DNA from: a phage
Assembly: GCA_025611195.1 (NCBI GenBank)
Contig: GCA_025611195.1_4718.1
Reading direction: 5' to 3' (one strand)
DNA: 64,000 nucleotides
The notes beneath the pieces are model-generated. The model was not told where the DNA came from, did not search any database, and worked only from the letters and a program-made list of their open reading frames with translations. Within the stretch, counting starts at the first letter, position 1. Each line of letters starts with the position of its first letter. This document shows positions 1 to 9,646 of this stretch, piece after piece. The position numbers were made by a program, and so were the translations under genes.

Positions 1-342
1 GATCCGTTTTGCCCCCTTTGCTTTTCCAAGTTCAATCGCACGTATTGCAGCATCCAACTCAGCCTGATTGTTCGTTACATTGAAACCCAAAGCCTCTAAC
101 TCATCCACGTATTCCTTGGGTTCGACAAGCACAGCGTCTTTAGGAAAGTTGAGTTTAGGGTCAACATAACCGTATTGTGTTGGTTTGGGCTTTCCACTTT
201 TTGAAGGTTCCAAGGTGCCTTTTATTTCTTTCACCATATCGTAGGTGTAGCCATGCACGCCATAGCCACCATACCCACTCGATGTTGGACGGGATCCTCC
301 ATCACAGTAGAAAACGGCACCAAGCTCAGTATTTCCTGCCAT
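1..342 (-). CDS. RNase H-like protein, N-terminal part (gene runs off the window start)
   Basis: Minus-strand ATG at 342..340, open to position 1; translation MAGNTELGAVFYCDGGSRPTSSGYGGYGVHGY...TNNQAELDAAIRAIELG resembles RNase HI catalytic motifs (DG[GS] and TNNxxEL). Not in the ORF track because it is truncated. Confidence 0.5.
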   Translation of the reverse strand, partial: MAGNTELGAVFYCDGGSRPTSSGYGGYGVHGYTYDMVKEIKGTLEPSKSGKPKPTQYGYVDPKLNFPKDAVLVEPKEYVDELEALGFNVTNNQAELDAAIRAIELGKAKGAKRI

Positions 343-392
343 TGTAAACCTCATTAATCATTGTCCGTATGATAGCCCAAAGTTGTACGGTA

Positions 393-944
393 TTACCGAT
401 TACCGTCAGTTGACGTTGGTTGATTGCGATCGATTTTCATTGACCGTAATTTTCCACCATTAGTTACACACTGATTGCGCTGTTCGACGGAGGTCAGACT
501 GTTACAGACATAATAAGTATCGATAAAACGCTCAACGCGTTCTTGAAACTTCCTCCCGGCAACTTGCTCTTTTTCAAAAGTTCGTAACGCACGATCGACC
601 TCACCTTGGAGAATCCGGTTCTGTTCAACCATACTGTCGATTAAACGGCCTCGCACTTCGTTCGATGTATAGAGTTGATGAATCAGTTCTCGGTTGGTGT
701 CTCGCGCATAGCGCAATGTTGTATTTTCCTGACGTAAACTATTCGCCTCAGCCATCAAGGTAAAGATTTTTTCGCCAGCAAATAACGTCACGATACCCAA
801 CACGATGAAAAAACCCGTAATCAAGAATATCGAGGACTGTCGAGCTCCATCTCGACGATAGCGTGTGGGTGGTCGCTTACTTCGCCGAAACAACTCGCGA
901 AGAAAAGGGAAAAGCCAGGGCAACGCCTTGAGTGTAGTAAACAT
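393..944 (-). CDS. hypothetical membrane protein (N-terminal TM helix plus coiled coil)
   Basis: ORF 393..1235 trimmed to ATG at 944 preceded by AAGGA; hydrophobic segment IFLITGFFIVLGIVTLFAG followed by heptad-rich region; upstream part of the ORF overlaps the long + gene. Confidence 0.45.
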   Translation of the reverse strand: MFTTLKALPWLFPFLRELFRRSKRPPTRYRRDGARQSSIFLITGFFIVLGIVTLFAGEKIFTLMAEANSLRQENTTLRYARDTNRELIHQLYTSNEVRGRLIDSMVEQNRILQGEVDRALRTFEKEQVAGRKFQERVERFIDTYYVCNSLTSVEQRNQCVTNGGKLRSMKIDRNQPTSTDGNR

Positions 945-998
945 GCGTGTGTCCTTGATAGTATGAAATTTCCAATACAACTTAACCGAGGACGTCGA

Positions 999-2339
999 AT
1001 GATTAGTATTTTTGGTTTTTATACGTACAAAGGGTACGCTAATAACCACCCAAAAACCACGGCGAAATTCGGTGAGTTCAGCCAGCATAGTGCTACGTTC
1101 AGTCGCGAGATCGGCATCTATACCAACACGGCGTACGCACGTACGACCCTGCTGGTATTGAATGCAGAAAACGAAGCTGGTGAAGCACAAACGCTGGATG
1201 ACAACACCGCAAATCAGATTCTTCAGGTTGGTCAATGGTTGCTGGAAAAAGCCTCATCGGGCGAAATCCAGGATGACAGAGACCAGGTTATCAGCTACCT
1301 AAAAGACGACTTCACAACGTATTTGGATTCTATCGACATCCCGACACCCACCACCGATGGGAAAGTCTATCTACCGGCGTGGATCAGTTTCAAGATAACC
1401 GCCACAGGTGATGTTGTCAAGATATGGCTGTCTGATAGCGTATTCCAAAGTCAATATCCAAAATACGAATATGAAGTCGTTCCTCCTGTTCCTAAGGATC
1501 AGTTAGACACCTTCTTCGAAGATCTGGCAACGTTGAAGAAACTGGTTGACAGTCGAAGTAGCGAGAAACTGACCGAAGAAATCAACGAGGTGCGCGACCA
1601 ATTCCCAGACACACAATTGTGGACGAAAACCTATAAAGCGTACGATTACACCGACGATTCGAAATACATCGATACCGATTGGACGGTGATTATCTACGGT
1701 GCAGCAGGTAACAATATTGATAATATCAAGGAGTTCCTGCAAAACTGGATTCTTAGCAATAGTACGCACGGACGCCCAGACTGGGAAATCGTTCTGCCAG
1801 ATCTTTTTATTCCGACAGAACACATCTTCATCCCGATCTGGAACCGTCACAGCGCTCCGGAGATGACCAATCAGGCACGTATCTATAGTCCCATCTTCGA
1901 TGATTCGTTGATGGATACCTACCTGAAAAACTTTGCTGATGGTTACGGTGAAACCGCCGAAGTCCGTAAATCGCTTCAAGCGGTGCCGACGCTATGGCGT
2001 TCGATCGGTTTCTTAAGTGTTGGTAACTCACGTAACCGTGATGGTAAACTTAAGTTCTACGATCGTTGGCCGCAATACGCGCTCATCAGCACAACCAGTA
2101 TTGATATTAACCGCATCGACGACGCGACACGTGAATTCATCACGTTCACTTACGAAATGCTGAAACTGGCGGAATCGCTTACTGAAGACGACCCGGTACC
2201 GTTGGGTTATAGTCGTGTTACGCGTGGTAGCAATAACTTCTTAGCGAAAAGCCACAACGATGTTCAGTATCTCTTCTTAACAAAAGAAGCGTTCCTGAAG
2301 AAAATGCCGGATGAAGCCGACACACCTGTTGGAGGTTGA
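999..2339 (+). CDS. hypothetical protein
   Basis: Long ORF 963..2339; ATG at 999 has GAGGA 6 nt upstream, ATG at 963 has no SD; no recognisable motif. Confidence 0.55.
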   Translation: MISIFGFYTYKGYANNHPKTTAKFGEFSQHSATFSREIGIYTNTAYARTTLLVLNAENEAGEAQTLDDNTANQILQVGQWLLEKASSGEIQDDRDQVISYLKDDFTTYLDSIDIPTPTTDGKVYLPAWISFKITATGDVVKIWLSDSVFQSQYPKYEYEVVPPVPKDQLDTFFEDLATLKKLVDSRSSEKLTEEINEVRDQFPDTQLWTKTYKAYDYTDDSKYIDTDWTVIIYGAAGNNIDNIKEFLQNWILSNSTHGRPDWEIVLPDLFIPTEHIFIPIWNRHSAPEMTNQARIYSPIFDDSLMDTYLKNFADGYGETAEVRKSLQAVPTLWRSIGFLSVGNSRNRDGKLKFYDRWPQYALISTTSIDINRIDDATREFITFTYEMLKLAESLTEDDPVPLGYSRVTRGSNNFLAKSHNDVQYLFLTKEAFLKKMPDEADTPVGG

Positions 2340-2341
2340 TT

Positions 2342-2968
2342 ATGGCTGTAACACGCATGACGCCAAGTCCCGGTGCGGTCGGGGTATTCACAGTATCCGC
2401 GCCGTTCTCCGTTGGTGCGTCAACGCTTTATACCGTTACAGCGTTGCGTAGATTCAGTGAAGTTATTGGTAGCGGAATCGATCTATTTAAGGAACTGTAC
2501 GAACCGTTATCGATAGACAAACCCACATTCGATGCGCATCTCGAAGCGAATGCTTATCTCGTTACGTTGCAACCGGATTACGGTGCGCCCGTACTGGTAC
2601 CCGATACGTATATCACATCGTACCCAAAGAACGATTCATTGCGGTATCGTCGCATTATTCTGGGTATCGATTTCGGGCCTCTTCCTCCAGGTCTTGACCT
2701 TTCGTATTTAACAACAATATTGAAAGGTAAGGCCAGTGATATTCTTGGTGTCGAACCTGAAGTTAAAATAATGGAAATCACTCTCGATGATACCGTTACA
2801 CAGGAACAACATCAGATAAACGAAGCCCGTCGTCAGGCTGCGATAAAAGAGCGAGATACCATTTACGCACGCTGTGAAACGCAAGAGAAGCAGATAACAG
2901 CTTTACTTGCAACCCAAAAGCAACTTATCAAATTGCTTCAGGACGCCGGAATCAATCCGACACCTTAA
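2342..2968 (+). CDS. hypothetical protein with C-terminal coiled coil
   Basis: ORF 2336..2968; ATG at 2342 preceded by GGAGG, stop of upstream gene overlaps (translational coupling). Confidence 0.5.
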   Translation: MAVTRMTPSPGAVGVFTVSAPFSVGASTLYTVTALRRFSEVIGSGIDLFKELYEPLSIDKPTFDAHLEANAYLVTLQPDYGAPVLVPDTYITSYPKNDSLRYRRIILGIDFGPLPPGLDLSYLTTILKGKASDILGVEPEVKIMEITLDDTVTQEQHQINEARRQAAIKERDTIYARCETQEKQITALLATQKQLIKLLQDAGINPTP

Positions 2969-2974
2969 CATATT

Positions 2975-3006
2975 CCCTCCTCCTTCCCTTACGGGTTGGA
3001 GGAGGG
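2975..3006. terminator. conserved two-tier GC hairpin (family copy, inverted orientation)
   Basis: CCCTCCTCC/GGAGGAGGG 9-bp stem enclosing CCC-TTAC-GGG; lies between convergent genes; A10 run at 3021..3030. Confidence 0.45.
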
Positions 3007-3041
3007 TTATGCCGTCAAGCAAAAAAAAAATGATAGTCACG

Positions 3042-3063
3042 GACCCTCCAATGAAGGAGGGTC
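3042..3063. terminator. GC hairpin
   Basis: GACCCTCC aatgaa GGAGGGTC, 8-bp perfect stem just downstream of the 3077 gene stop. Confidence 0.4.
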
Positions 3064-3076
3064 GTGACCGTCAGTT

Positions 3077-3778
3077 TTAGGATGTAGATAATCTCGCGTA
3101 CTTCTGGCGAACATGGTTCTTACGGCGAACTTCGTCATCCTCGTCACGCCATTCGAGGTAAGCAACGAATCGACGTAACTGTGCTGCTGTCATCGTTGAC
3201 GATCGGTCTTCTACATCTAGAACGACGTAACGAACGCCACCAACATCATCGCATTCAACGTAATTGAATACCATAAGACCATCACCGTATTCAACGACGG
3301 TAACTTCGAACCGTTTCTCGAACAAATAAAACAGTTCTGATTCGATGATCATCGGAATGACGCTTATATCAGCACGATCGAGGATTTCCATCATCGCCCG
3401 TAACGCGCGAGGAGTATGGCGAGCGAACTGACCGTTAAAACGTTCTCTCATCGCTTGTTCCACGCCATCTGTTTTTGTTCCAAACCAAGGACGTATTACA
3501 GATTTCGGTGGTGTAAGACGAAAGCGATATGCTTGTATAAACAACAGAATATCAGCGGCGTTAGGAAATTCTTCCTGGTCTTCGTATATCTTGCGGATAA
3601 TATCCGGAATCGTAACCATCAAGTATTTCTTATCGCCTCCCACTTTCTCGAGATTAGCAATATGCCCTTCTACTACCGGCTGGTAAACGAAATTATACCA
3701 ATGACGGTATCTTGCGGCACGCTGGTAGTTCGGGATAAAATTAAGAACAACATTCACTGCACGTTTTAACGGGTTCAT
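3077..3778 (-). CDS. hypothetical protein
   Basis: ORF 3077..3781; ATG at 3778 with GAAGGA upstream. Confidence 0.55.
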   Translation of the reverse strand: MNPLKRAVNVVLNFIPNYQRAARYRHWYNFVYQPVVEGHIANLEKVGGDKKYLMVTIPDIIRKIYEDQEEFPNAADILLFIQAYRFRLTPPKSVIRPWFGTKTDGVEQAMRERFNGQFARHTPRALRAMMEILDRADISVIPMIIESELFYLFEKRFEVTVVEYGDGLMVFNYVECDDVGGVRYVVLDVEDRSSTMTAAQLRRFVAYLEWRDEDDEVRRKNHVRQKYARLSTS

Positions 3779-3792
3779 CAAAAGGATCCTTC

Positions 3793-4206
3793 TTATGTTC
3801 TAATATGCACATCGTCAATCCCCTCGGTAATCCAGCCGATGGGAAGGACAATCGTTGTTATCGTGTTATGGGTGTAGGGATTAAGAAAATGGAAATAGTA
3901 ATTTTTGTTAGACTGTTCGATGCGCAGCTCGAGCTGCGCATCTTCAGGTAACCGCAACCAAGCACCGTACAGTTCATTAAACTTACGCTGAATTTTACCG
4001 GGGTTCATTGGAACCCTACGACCACGGTGGCGTAGCTGGCGTAATGATTCAATCAAACACTCAGAGATACCCATCACCGTTCCGTTATCGCTTGTATCAA
4101 TAACGATGAACTCATGTGACCCACGGCCATGATAGAATCCAGCAACAAGCGCAACGGCGACAACGACAACCGTACCGATACCTACGTACCAATAGTAAAC
4201 GTCCAT
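3793..4206 (-). CDS. small membrane protein
   Basis: ORF 3793..4227 trimmed to ATG 4206 (GAGG upstream); N-terminal hydrophobic helix VGIGTVVVVAVALVAGF. Confidence 0.45.
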   Translation of the reverse strand: MDVYYWYVGIGTVVVVAVALVAGFYHGRGSHEFIVIDTSDNGTVMGISECLIESLRQLRHRGRRVPMNPGKIQRKFNELYGAWLRLPEDAQLELRIEQSNKNYYFHFLNPYTHNTITTIVLPIGWITEGIDDVHIRT

Positions 4207-4217
4207 AACAGCCTCAC

Positions 4218-4751
4218 TTATGCCCAATAGTCGGCGAGCGGTTTCACCTTATTAATGGGTAACTGTACTTTACCGATGTTCTCTACATCCGCATCAGCGT
4301 AGAGAACGATTTTATCGTCGTCTCTTTCCCAACGAATAATAAATCGACCAGGAAGAAGATTACCCTGTTCAAGAGATGCTGTAACCTGTTGTGTTAAAAC
4401 AGACAACCAAGCAGGCATCAGTGTTGCAATATCTAAGTCATTTGACCACTCAGCACGTTGCTCCACTGGACGCAACATACGTTGGACGGTGCGTTGAACT
4501 GTTGCGGTGATATAGCCTTTATCTTCGTCACTGATTGGATCCGGACGAGACACGAAACGTTCAGCAGGCTTACGGGAAATATACTCATGTAGTTTGATGA
4601 GTGGTGTTGTCATAGTACTCGCTCCATCAGAATGTAATTGGGTAACCCGCAGGGTTGTCTGCATGTTATTCAGAAGCGCAAAAGCGCCATAAACAACAAC
4701 GATACCAAGTACAGCCAAAACAGAAATCATTAACGTGTATTGCATTGTCAT
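4218..4751 (-). CDS. small membrane protein
   Basis: ORF 4218..4793 trimmed to ATG 4751 (GAGGGG upstream); N-terminal TM helix LMISVLAVLGIVVVYGAFALL. Confidence 0.45.
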   Translation of the reverse strand: MTMQYTLMISVLAVLGIVVVYGAFALLNNMQTTLRVTQLHSDGASTMTTPLIKLHEYISRKPAERFVSRPDPISDEDKGYITATVQRTVQRMLRPVEQRAEWSNDLDIATLMPAWLSVLTQQVTASLEQGNLLPGRFIIRWERDDDKIVLYADADVENIGKVQLPINKVKPLADYWA

Positions 4752-4846
4752 CTTCCCCTCATACGCATCTTGAAGATTAGTTAAAAACAACAAAAGAAAA
4801 AACGATATAAAGCAAGGTCCTCTGATATCAGAGGACCTTGGATCAA

Positions 4847-5503
4847 TTAGCTTGCAGCATCTTCATTCGTATCAGGTTTGCTTCCCCCTAACAAACCGTC
4901 AAACAGACCCGTATGTTTCAGGTAGAAGAGAGCGATAGCGCCCATCGCTGCTGCGCTCGTCGCCGTTAACGCAACCCCAGCACGATACTGCCATTTACGG
5001 TCAGGCTTTTGATCAAGCGCCATACGACGCATGTATTCAGCCTCTGCTTCATTCCGATGAATTTCGGATTCTGCCAGACGGGCTAAGGTATCGCGGTCCA
5101 GGTTATCATAACGTACGTTCATGGTGGTTTCCTCTTGTTTGGAAGTTGATTGCTTGGTGAATTCTTGATCAACAGTCGTTTCGGTTGGTTCAAACGGCTG
5201 GTTGTTCATTTTCTGATCTTGATTGGTCATGATAGACTCCTTCGATTTTTGAGACGAAATTGATTTAAACCATCGTGGATGGAGGTATTCGGTTTTACAT
5301 GTACAGTTAAGTTTCTCGTGCATGAAAGCGTAAAAACGTTTTGCGCCTACACGTAAGGCTTTCAGCATTATCCATCCACGAGCACTCAAACGGTGTAGCT
5401 GTTGTGGTATATCTAGTTTCCTAGCCAAGCGAAAGTATCTTTCAATCACTTCGATAGGAAACCATTGTTGTTCCACATCGGTGAGACTGAAAGTCTTATC
5501 CAT
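4847..5503 (-). CDS. hypothetical protein with C-terminal transmembrane anchor
   Basis: ORF 4847..5530 trimmed to ATG 5503; C-terminal hydrophobic segment VALTATSAAAMGAIALFYL; strong internal AAGGAG+ATG at 5229 could mark a second start. Confidence 0.45.
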   Translation of the reverse strand: MDKTFSLTDVEQQWFPIEVIERYFRLARKLDIPQQLHRLSARGWIMLKALRVGAKRFYAFMHEKLNCTCKTEYLHPRWFKSISSQKSKESIMTNQDQKMNNQPFEPTETTVDQEFTKQSTSKQEETTMNVRYDNLDRDTLARLAESEIHRNEAEAEYMRRMALDQKPDRKWQYRAGVALTATSAAAMGAIALFYLKHTGLFDGLLGGSKPDTNEDAAS

Positions 5504-5527
5504 GATTGAAATCTCGCTGGCTTGCTT

Positions 5528-5551
5528 CACCTAGGTAATATAGCCGTGAAA
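5528..5551 (-). promoter_or_regulatory. conserved TATATTAC-containing motif (candidate phage promoter)
   Basis: Plus-strand CACCTAGGTAATATAGCCGTGAAA; about 25 nt upstream of ATG 5503 on the minus strand. Confidence 0.45.
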
Positions 5552-5652
5552 AATGTTGGAGTACATCGAATTCCACCACCGCGGCTATTTTATGGGCTAA
5601 GAGCCTAAACCAATCATCTTCGAAATCATCATCTACGAAACAGGAACCTATC

Positions 5653-6474
5653 ATGGATAAAGTATTTGTTTGTAAGCTGTTTACTAATGGCAATAGCCAA
5701 CCGATGTATCTGACCGATCCTGTTCTGGGTAATCGAAACAGCACCGTATTTAAAGAAGCTATCGATTACGCCAAAAACAAAGCCGTGAGAACACTGACGT
5801 CCGATGACTGTATCAATGGTATCACGTGGGCAGAGTTATTCGGCGATGCTGTTAGACACTTCATTCGGGATGCAAGAAAACAGGAAATCAGCCTCACGAC
5901 TATTGTTGTGCGCGAAAACGCAGAAATTTTATCAAACGTTTTGGTTGATTTTAGTGACGTTTACGTGTTTAATCCAGAGAACACTTTTGAACAATACCTT
6001 GCTGCCCTGAACAAACAGCTCGGTAAAGATATTCATCCCGAATTCGCCAAGTTAACGTATCAAGTACTTTTTAACGACGTCGATCCAAATACGAAGATCA
6101 ATACCAGCTTGTCGCCCCTGGTAAAGAAATACGGATCGGTTCTTGCTACAGCAACACCCGCCATCGATGGCGGTTATGATATCGAATTAGATGGTCCATT
6201 AAAAGAACAAGAACCTACTGGGGTTCGGGCAATACACCATACCCTCGTCGTTAAATCCGATGGTTGTGATGAGCATTACGCTATGACAAACGATGAAAAT
6301 AATCACCGTTTAACTCAAGCGATCGGTGTTCTACGTTATACCGAACCAACCACCGTAGACGATTATACTTCGACAACAACGCACACCACGTGTTTCATTT
6401 TCATTTATCCAAATGAAAGTGTGTACATTACTGACTGCTACGGCAACACTGTAGATAGCTTACGTCGTTATTAA
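5653..6474 (+). CDS. hypothetical protein
   Basis: ORF with ATG and AGGA upstream; followed by a UUCG-loop hairpin plus T-run. Confidence 0.55.
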   Translation: MDKVFVCKLFTNGNSQPMYLTDPVLGNRNSTVFKEAIDYAKNKAVRTLTSDDCINGITWAELFGDAVRHFIRDARKQEISLTTIVVRENAEILSNVLVDFSDVYVFNPENTFEQYLAALNKQLGKDIHPEFAKLTYQVLFNDVDPNTKINTSLSPLVKKYGSVLATATPAIDGGYDIELDGPLKEQEPTGVRAIHHTLVVKSDGCDEHYAMTNDENNHRLTQAIGVLRYTEPTTVDDYTSTTTHTTCFIFIYPNESVYITDCYGNTVDSLRRY

Positions 6475-6480
6475 TCATCG

Positions 6481-6505
6481 AGCCTGTCCTTCGGGGCAGG
6501 CTTTT
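6481..6505 (+). terminator. intrinsic terminator with UUCG tetraloop
   Basis: AGCCTGTCC-TTCG-GGGCAGGCT stem-loop followed by TTTTAT, 7 nt after the stop of 5653..6474. Confidence 0.6.
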
Positions 6506-6809
6506 ATGCTGCTAAATATCGGGAATAAGAATTAACAAAATAGGAAAATGGTGTGAATATAACACAAAGGAGGGAGATGATTATGTTACTCATTCTAATG
6601 GAGAGGGCGTTGCTGGCGGGTATATGCGCATTCTCTGTTAAACACGCTGTTGCTATCATGACTGAAGAAAGGCGTAATACGCATAATGTATTACGCTGAA
6701 AACAATGTCTGCATTAGTGTATGACGAGAAATCGTCGAGGCCCCCGTCTTCACGAGGGCCAACACCTATGCGCGACTATTTACCATCTACGAAACAAAGG
6801 GTTATAAAC

Positions 6810-7118
6810 ATGAGCAATTTGAATGTTGAATTTACTTCAACAACGCCTGTCATGAATGGCGTTGGTACTGAAACCAAGATCGTATTAGAACCCATTCCGG
6901 GGTTACGTGATCTCGGCGATTTTTACCAACTGATGCCACGTATACGGAAAGCCTTAAACAGCATCGATCTCGATTCTGATAAAGATTTCCAACACGATAC
7001 AGAAAATACCGATCATGTGCTGCTACCATCAGGAGTAGCAAAATTCACCTACACGCAAACATTGAAAGCCTCCGATGGTGAAATCCGTCGTTTTATTGTT
7101 GAAGTAGAAAGCGCATAA
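6810..7118 (+). CDS. hypothetical protein
   Basis: ORF 6705..7118; ATG 6810 has AAAGGG upstream, whereas ATG 6705 lacks an SD and would add a P/S/R-rich extension; start uncertain. Confidence 0.4.
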   Translation: MSNLNVEFTSTTPVMNGVGTETKIVLEPIPGLRDLGDFYQLMPRIRKALNSIDLDSDKDFQHDTENTDHVLLPSGVAKFTYTQTLKASDGEIRRFIVEVESA

Positions 7119-7122
7119 AAAC

Positions 7123-7154
7123 CATCCTCCCAACCCGTCAGGGAAGGGAGGATG
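7123..7154. terminator. conserved two-tier GC hairpin (family copy)
   Basis: CATCCTCCC/GGGAGGATG stem with loop AACCCGTCAGGGAA; between convergent genes. Confidence 0.45.
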
Positions 7155-7171
7155 AAATATGCCGTTATATG

Positions 7172-7801
7172 TTATTCAACAAATCCCGCGTTCAACAAAT
7201 TGTCGTAAACACGATTAGCGACATCAACAGGAGAATGTGTGTTACTGGTGTCTATACACAACGTTTTCGCGTCGCCGAGATAGTCCATAAAATCCATGTA
7301 ACGATAACGTCGTTTATTGAATGTCGCTTCATCGATGTTATCAAACATCTGATGTTTAGCGTGGCGAACACGGAACCGTCTTAAATACGTAGGATAGTCA
7401 ATATCCAGATAAACGTAGTAAGATGGCATGATAATCGACGGTAGGTTCGGCAACAACGCATCAAACAGCTTAACGTTAGCATCATTAACCTGATAAACGT
7501 ACGTCGAAGCAATCGAACGATCGCTAAGCACAGTCTTCCCTTCGTTAAGGGCTGGATGAATCACCTTATTGAAGAGATGATTCCGTTGCGACATCATCGC
7601 CAATAGTTCAGTTTCTGGATCGAATCTGTTCGTTGGCGTCTGATCTTCCAGGATAAGTTTACGAATCGCTTCTCCGTAGAGTGTACCGCCGGGTTCACGT
7701 ACAACACAGACATTGTTTAAACGACTGTGTAAAGACGAGATAACCGAACTCTTTCCTGAATAATCCAGACCTTCAATAACGATATATTTATTACGAGACA
7801 T
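7172..7801 (-). CDS. tmk: thymidylate kinase (dTMP kinase)
   Basis: P-loop KYIVIEGLDYSGKSS, REPGGT and LSDRSIASTYVYQ motifs match the Tmk family; ATG at 7801 with SD. Confidence 0.8.
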   Translation of the reverse strand: MSRNKYIVIEGLDYSGKSSVISSLHSRLNNVCVVREPGGTLYGEAIRKLILEDQTPTNRFDPETELLAMMSQRNHLFNKVIHPALNEGKTVLSDRSIASTYVYQVNDANVKLFDALLPNLPSIIMPSYYVYLDIDYPTYLRRFRVRHAKHQMFDNIDEATFNKRRYRYMDFMDYLGDAKTLCIDTSNTHSPVDVANRVYDNLLNAGFVE

Positions 7802-7817
7802 TCCCCGCTCCAATTAA

Positions 7818-8999
7818 CTATTTCGTTTTTGCCGTCAACGGTTGCGATACCGTAATCTCGACACGATTCTCATCGGTACGTTTAACGATGATAAGGTTGC
7901 GCTCGTCACCGAATGGTTCTGCTACCTTGGAAGCCTCTTTAAGATTTTCAAGAATCTCACCGAAAGCTTCAAATACCGCAAAACCAGAGCTAACATCAAT
8001 TCTTACTAAATGTACACGCATATCGTTTACGGTAACGGTGTCATCCGTCTTGAACCCGCAACAGGAGGGTAGACAGAACTGACCATTAACGCAGTTATCT
8101 AAGTATGCTTCACCGCCGAACATTTCTATTAACGTCACCGGTTTAAATGTTTTCTCTGGGAAAGCACTATTAAGGGTATCGTTTCCGTTCACGAACCAGA
8201 TCGTTACTTTATCTTCGGAATACGCTAGTCGGTACGGTTGGGTTGCGGACGCTTGCGCTTTATGCTGGTTAAATAACTTTGATTTTGTCGCAATCGCAGC
8301 ACGACCTTCGACGTCGAAGTACAGAACTTCATATCCAACACATCCGATAAACACGCGACGGTTATTAAGTTCCGGAATTCTGACTAATAATGCTTCACCG
8401 TTGTATCCAGTAGGAACAATACCGCGTAGGATGATAGATTCATTGTTCAATACCGAGTTATCTGCAGTGATACTTCGCATTACCGCTGGCGTCACTATTT
8501 TATCTGCGGTAGGTTCAGGTTGCTCAGCAATGCGGTCAAAAGGTTCGATGGTTACCGCGGGAACGAAGTATTCAACTATATGCTTGTTTTCAGCACCAAC
8601 GTCCATGACGGTGATCTGCAAACGCGTAGCATCCGAATTCAATGCCTGTCTCACACGTTCTGCATTAGGAGTATCGCGGTCAATATGAATCAAGGCTTTT
8701 ACCACACCGTCGTCTTCCAACCATCCTGTTAAAACGCGACCGACGATATCATTCACGTCACGAATCGGGAAGCGCAGTTCAGCGCCATCGAGCACTGCTT
8801 CGATTTTACTGCTAGTGACGGGCACCTTACCGTCGTTAAGATGTGCCAACAGACCGGTTAATGCATCTTCACTAACCGGATATTTTGTCGTTGTACTGAC
8901 CAACGGTACGATAAAACGATCTTCGCTGTATTTCTCTGCACCACAGATAACCGGGACTTGAGGGCATTGATCAACTAGGCCCCACTCAACAGTATTCAT
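7818..8999 (-). CDS. hypothetical protein
   Basis: 393-aa ORF, ATG with GAAGGA upstream; tightly packed in operon with tmk. Confidence 0.55.
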   Translation of the reverse strand: MNTVEWGLVDQCPQVPVICGAEKYSEDRFIVPLVSTTTKYPVSEDALTGLLAHLNDGKVPVTSSKIEAVLDGAELRFPIRDVNDIVGRVLTGWLEDDGVVKALIHIDRDTPNAERVRQALNSDATRLQITVMDVGAENKHIVEYFVPAVTIEPFDRIAEQPEPTADKIVTPAVMRSITADNSVLNNESIILRGIVPTGYNGEALLVRIPELNNRRVFIGCVGYEVLYFDVEGRAAIATKSKLFNQHKAQASATQPYRLAYSEDKVTIWFVNGNDTLNSAFPEKTFKPVTLIEMFGGEAYLDNCVNGQFCLPSCCGFKTDDTVTVNDMRVHLVRIDVSSGFAVFEAFGEILENLKEASKVAEPFGDERNLIIVKRTDENRVEITVSQPLTAKTK

Positions 9000-9031
9000 A
9001 ACGTTTTCCTTCTTGGGTTTTGTACATGTTG

Positions 9032-9646
9032 CTAACGGCGTTTTGTACCAACCTTCCCATTTCGATGGTCGTCAAGAATACGCCATTCTTCGAACAGGAG
9101 TTCAGCTGCGAAATAACCTACGGCGATGCTGTCTATCGCATGCTCATCAAGATTCGCTAACACAACACCGTTTCTGGGTGTGATGTTCATGAGGTTCAAC
9201 ACTTTCTGGCGAACATCGTCCTTACCGACACGGGACGTCATGATCCCAACGGCGCGTTTTGCGCTTCGGTTATCAACCCCTAAGAAAGACACCGTAGGGT
9301 CAAAATCGATAACCGTTGTCTGAATCGCTGAAAACAGTTCACTGAGCGCCATACCGCTTTGCTTGAAACGACCGATAAACGGTGTTTCACAAGCGACCGC
9401 TTGCGGTTGGTACTCTTGCAATAACGATGTCAGCGAACGACGATGTTCTTGGATACGTGCGGCACGGTTACCGTATCCAAGAGCAATATCGCCATCAGGA
9501 TCATATCGGCGTGAGGCGTGCCATGTCCCCGCATAAAGCAGTTCAATATCTTCGACACGCACGTCCAAACGCAGTAACGACGCACCGAGTGTATCGGTGC
9601 CAGGGTCGATTGCCAGAATATCGTAAGCGTATTCTGGTGGGATCAT
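9032..9646 (-). CDS. RuvC-like Holliday junction resolvase
   Basis: ILAIDPGTDTLGASL near N-terminus, acidic PQAVACETPF and LDEHAIDSIAVGYF segments resemble the RuvC catalytic core; start ATG 9646 overlaps the upstream stop (ATGA). Confidence 0.6.
   Translation of the reverse strand: MIPPEYAYDILAIDPGTDTLGASLLRLDVRVEDIELLYAGTWHASRRYDPDGDIALGYGNRAARIQEHRRSLTSLLQEYQPQAVACETPFIGRFKQSGMALSELFSAIQTTVIDFDPTVSFLGVDNRSAKRAVGIMTSRVGKDDVRQKVLNLMNITPRNGVVLANLDEHAIDSIAVGYFAAELLFEEWRILDDHRNGKVGTKRR

Noticed and set aside
1503-1979. 158-aa minus-strand ORF inside gene 999-2339
   Set aside because: Fully embedded antisense ORF with no ribosome-binding site; the + ORF is three times longer.
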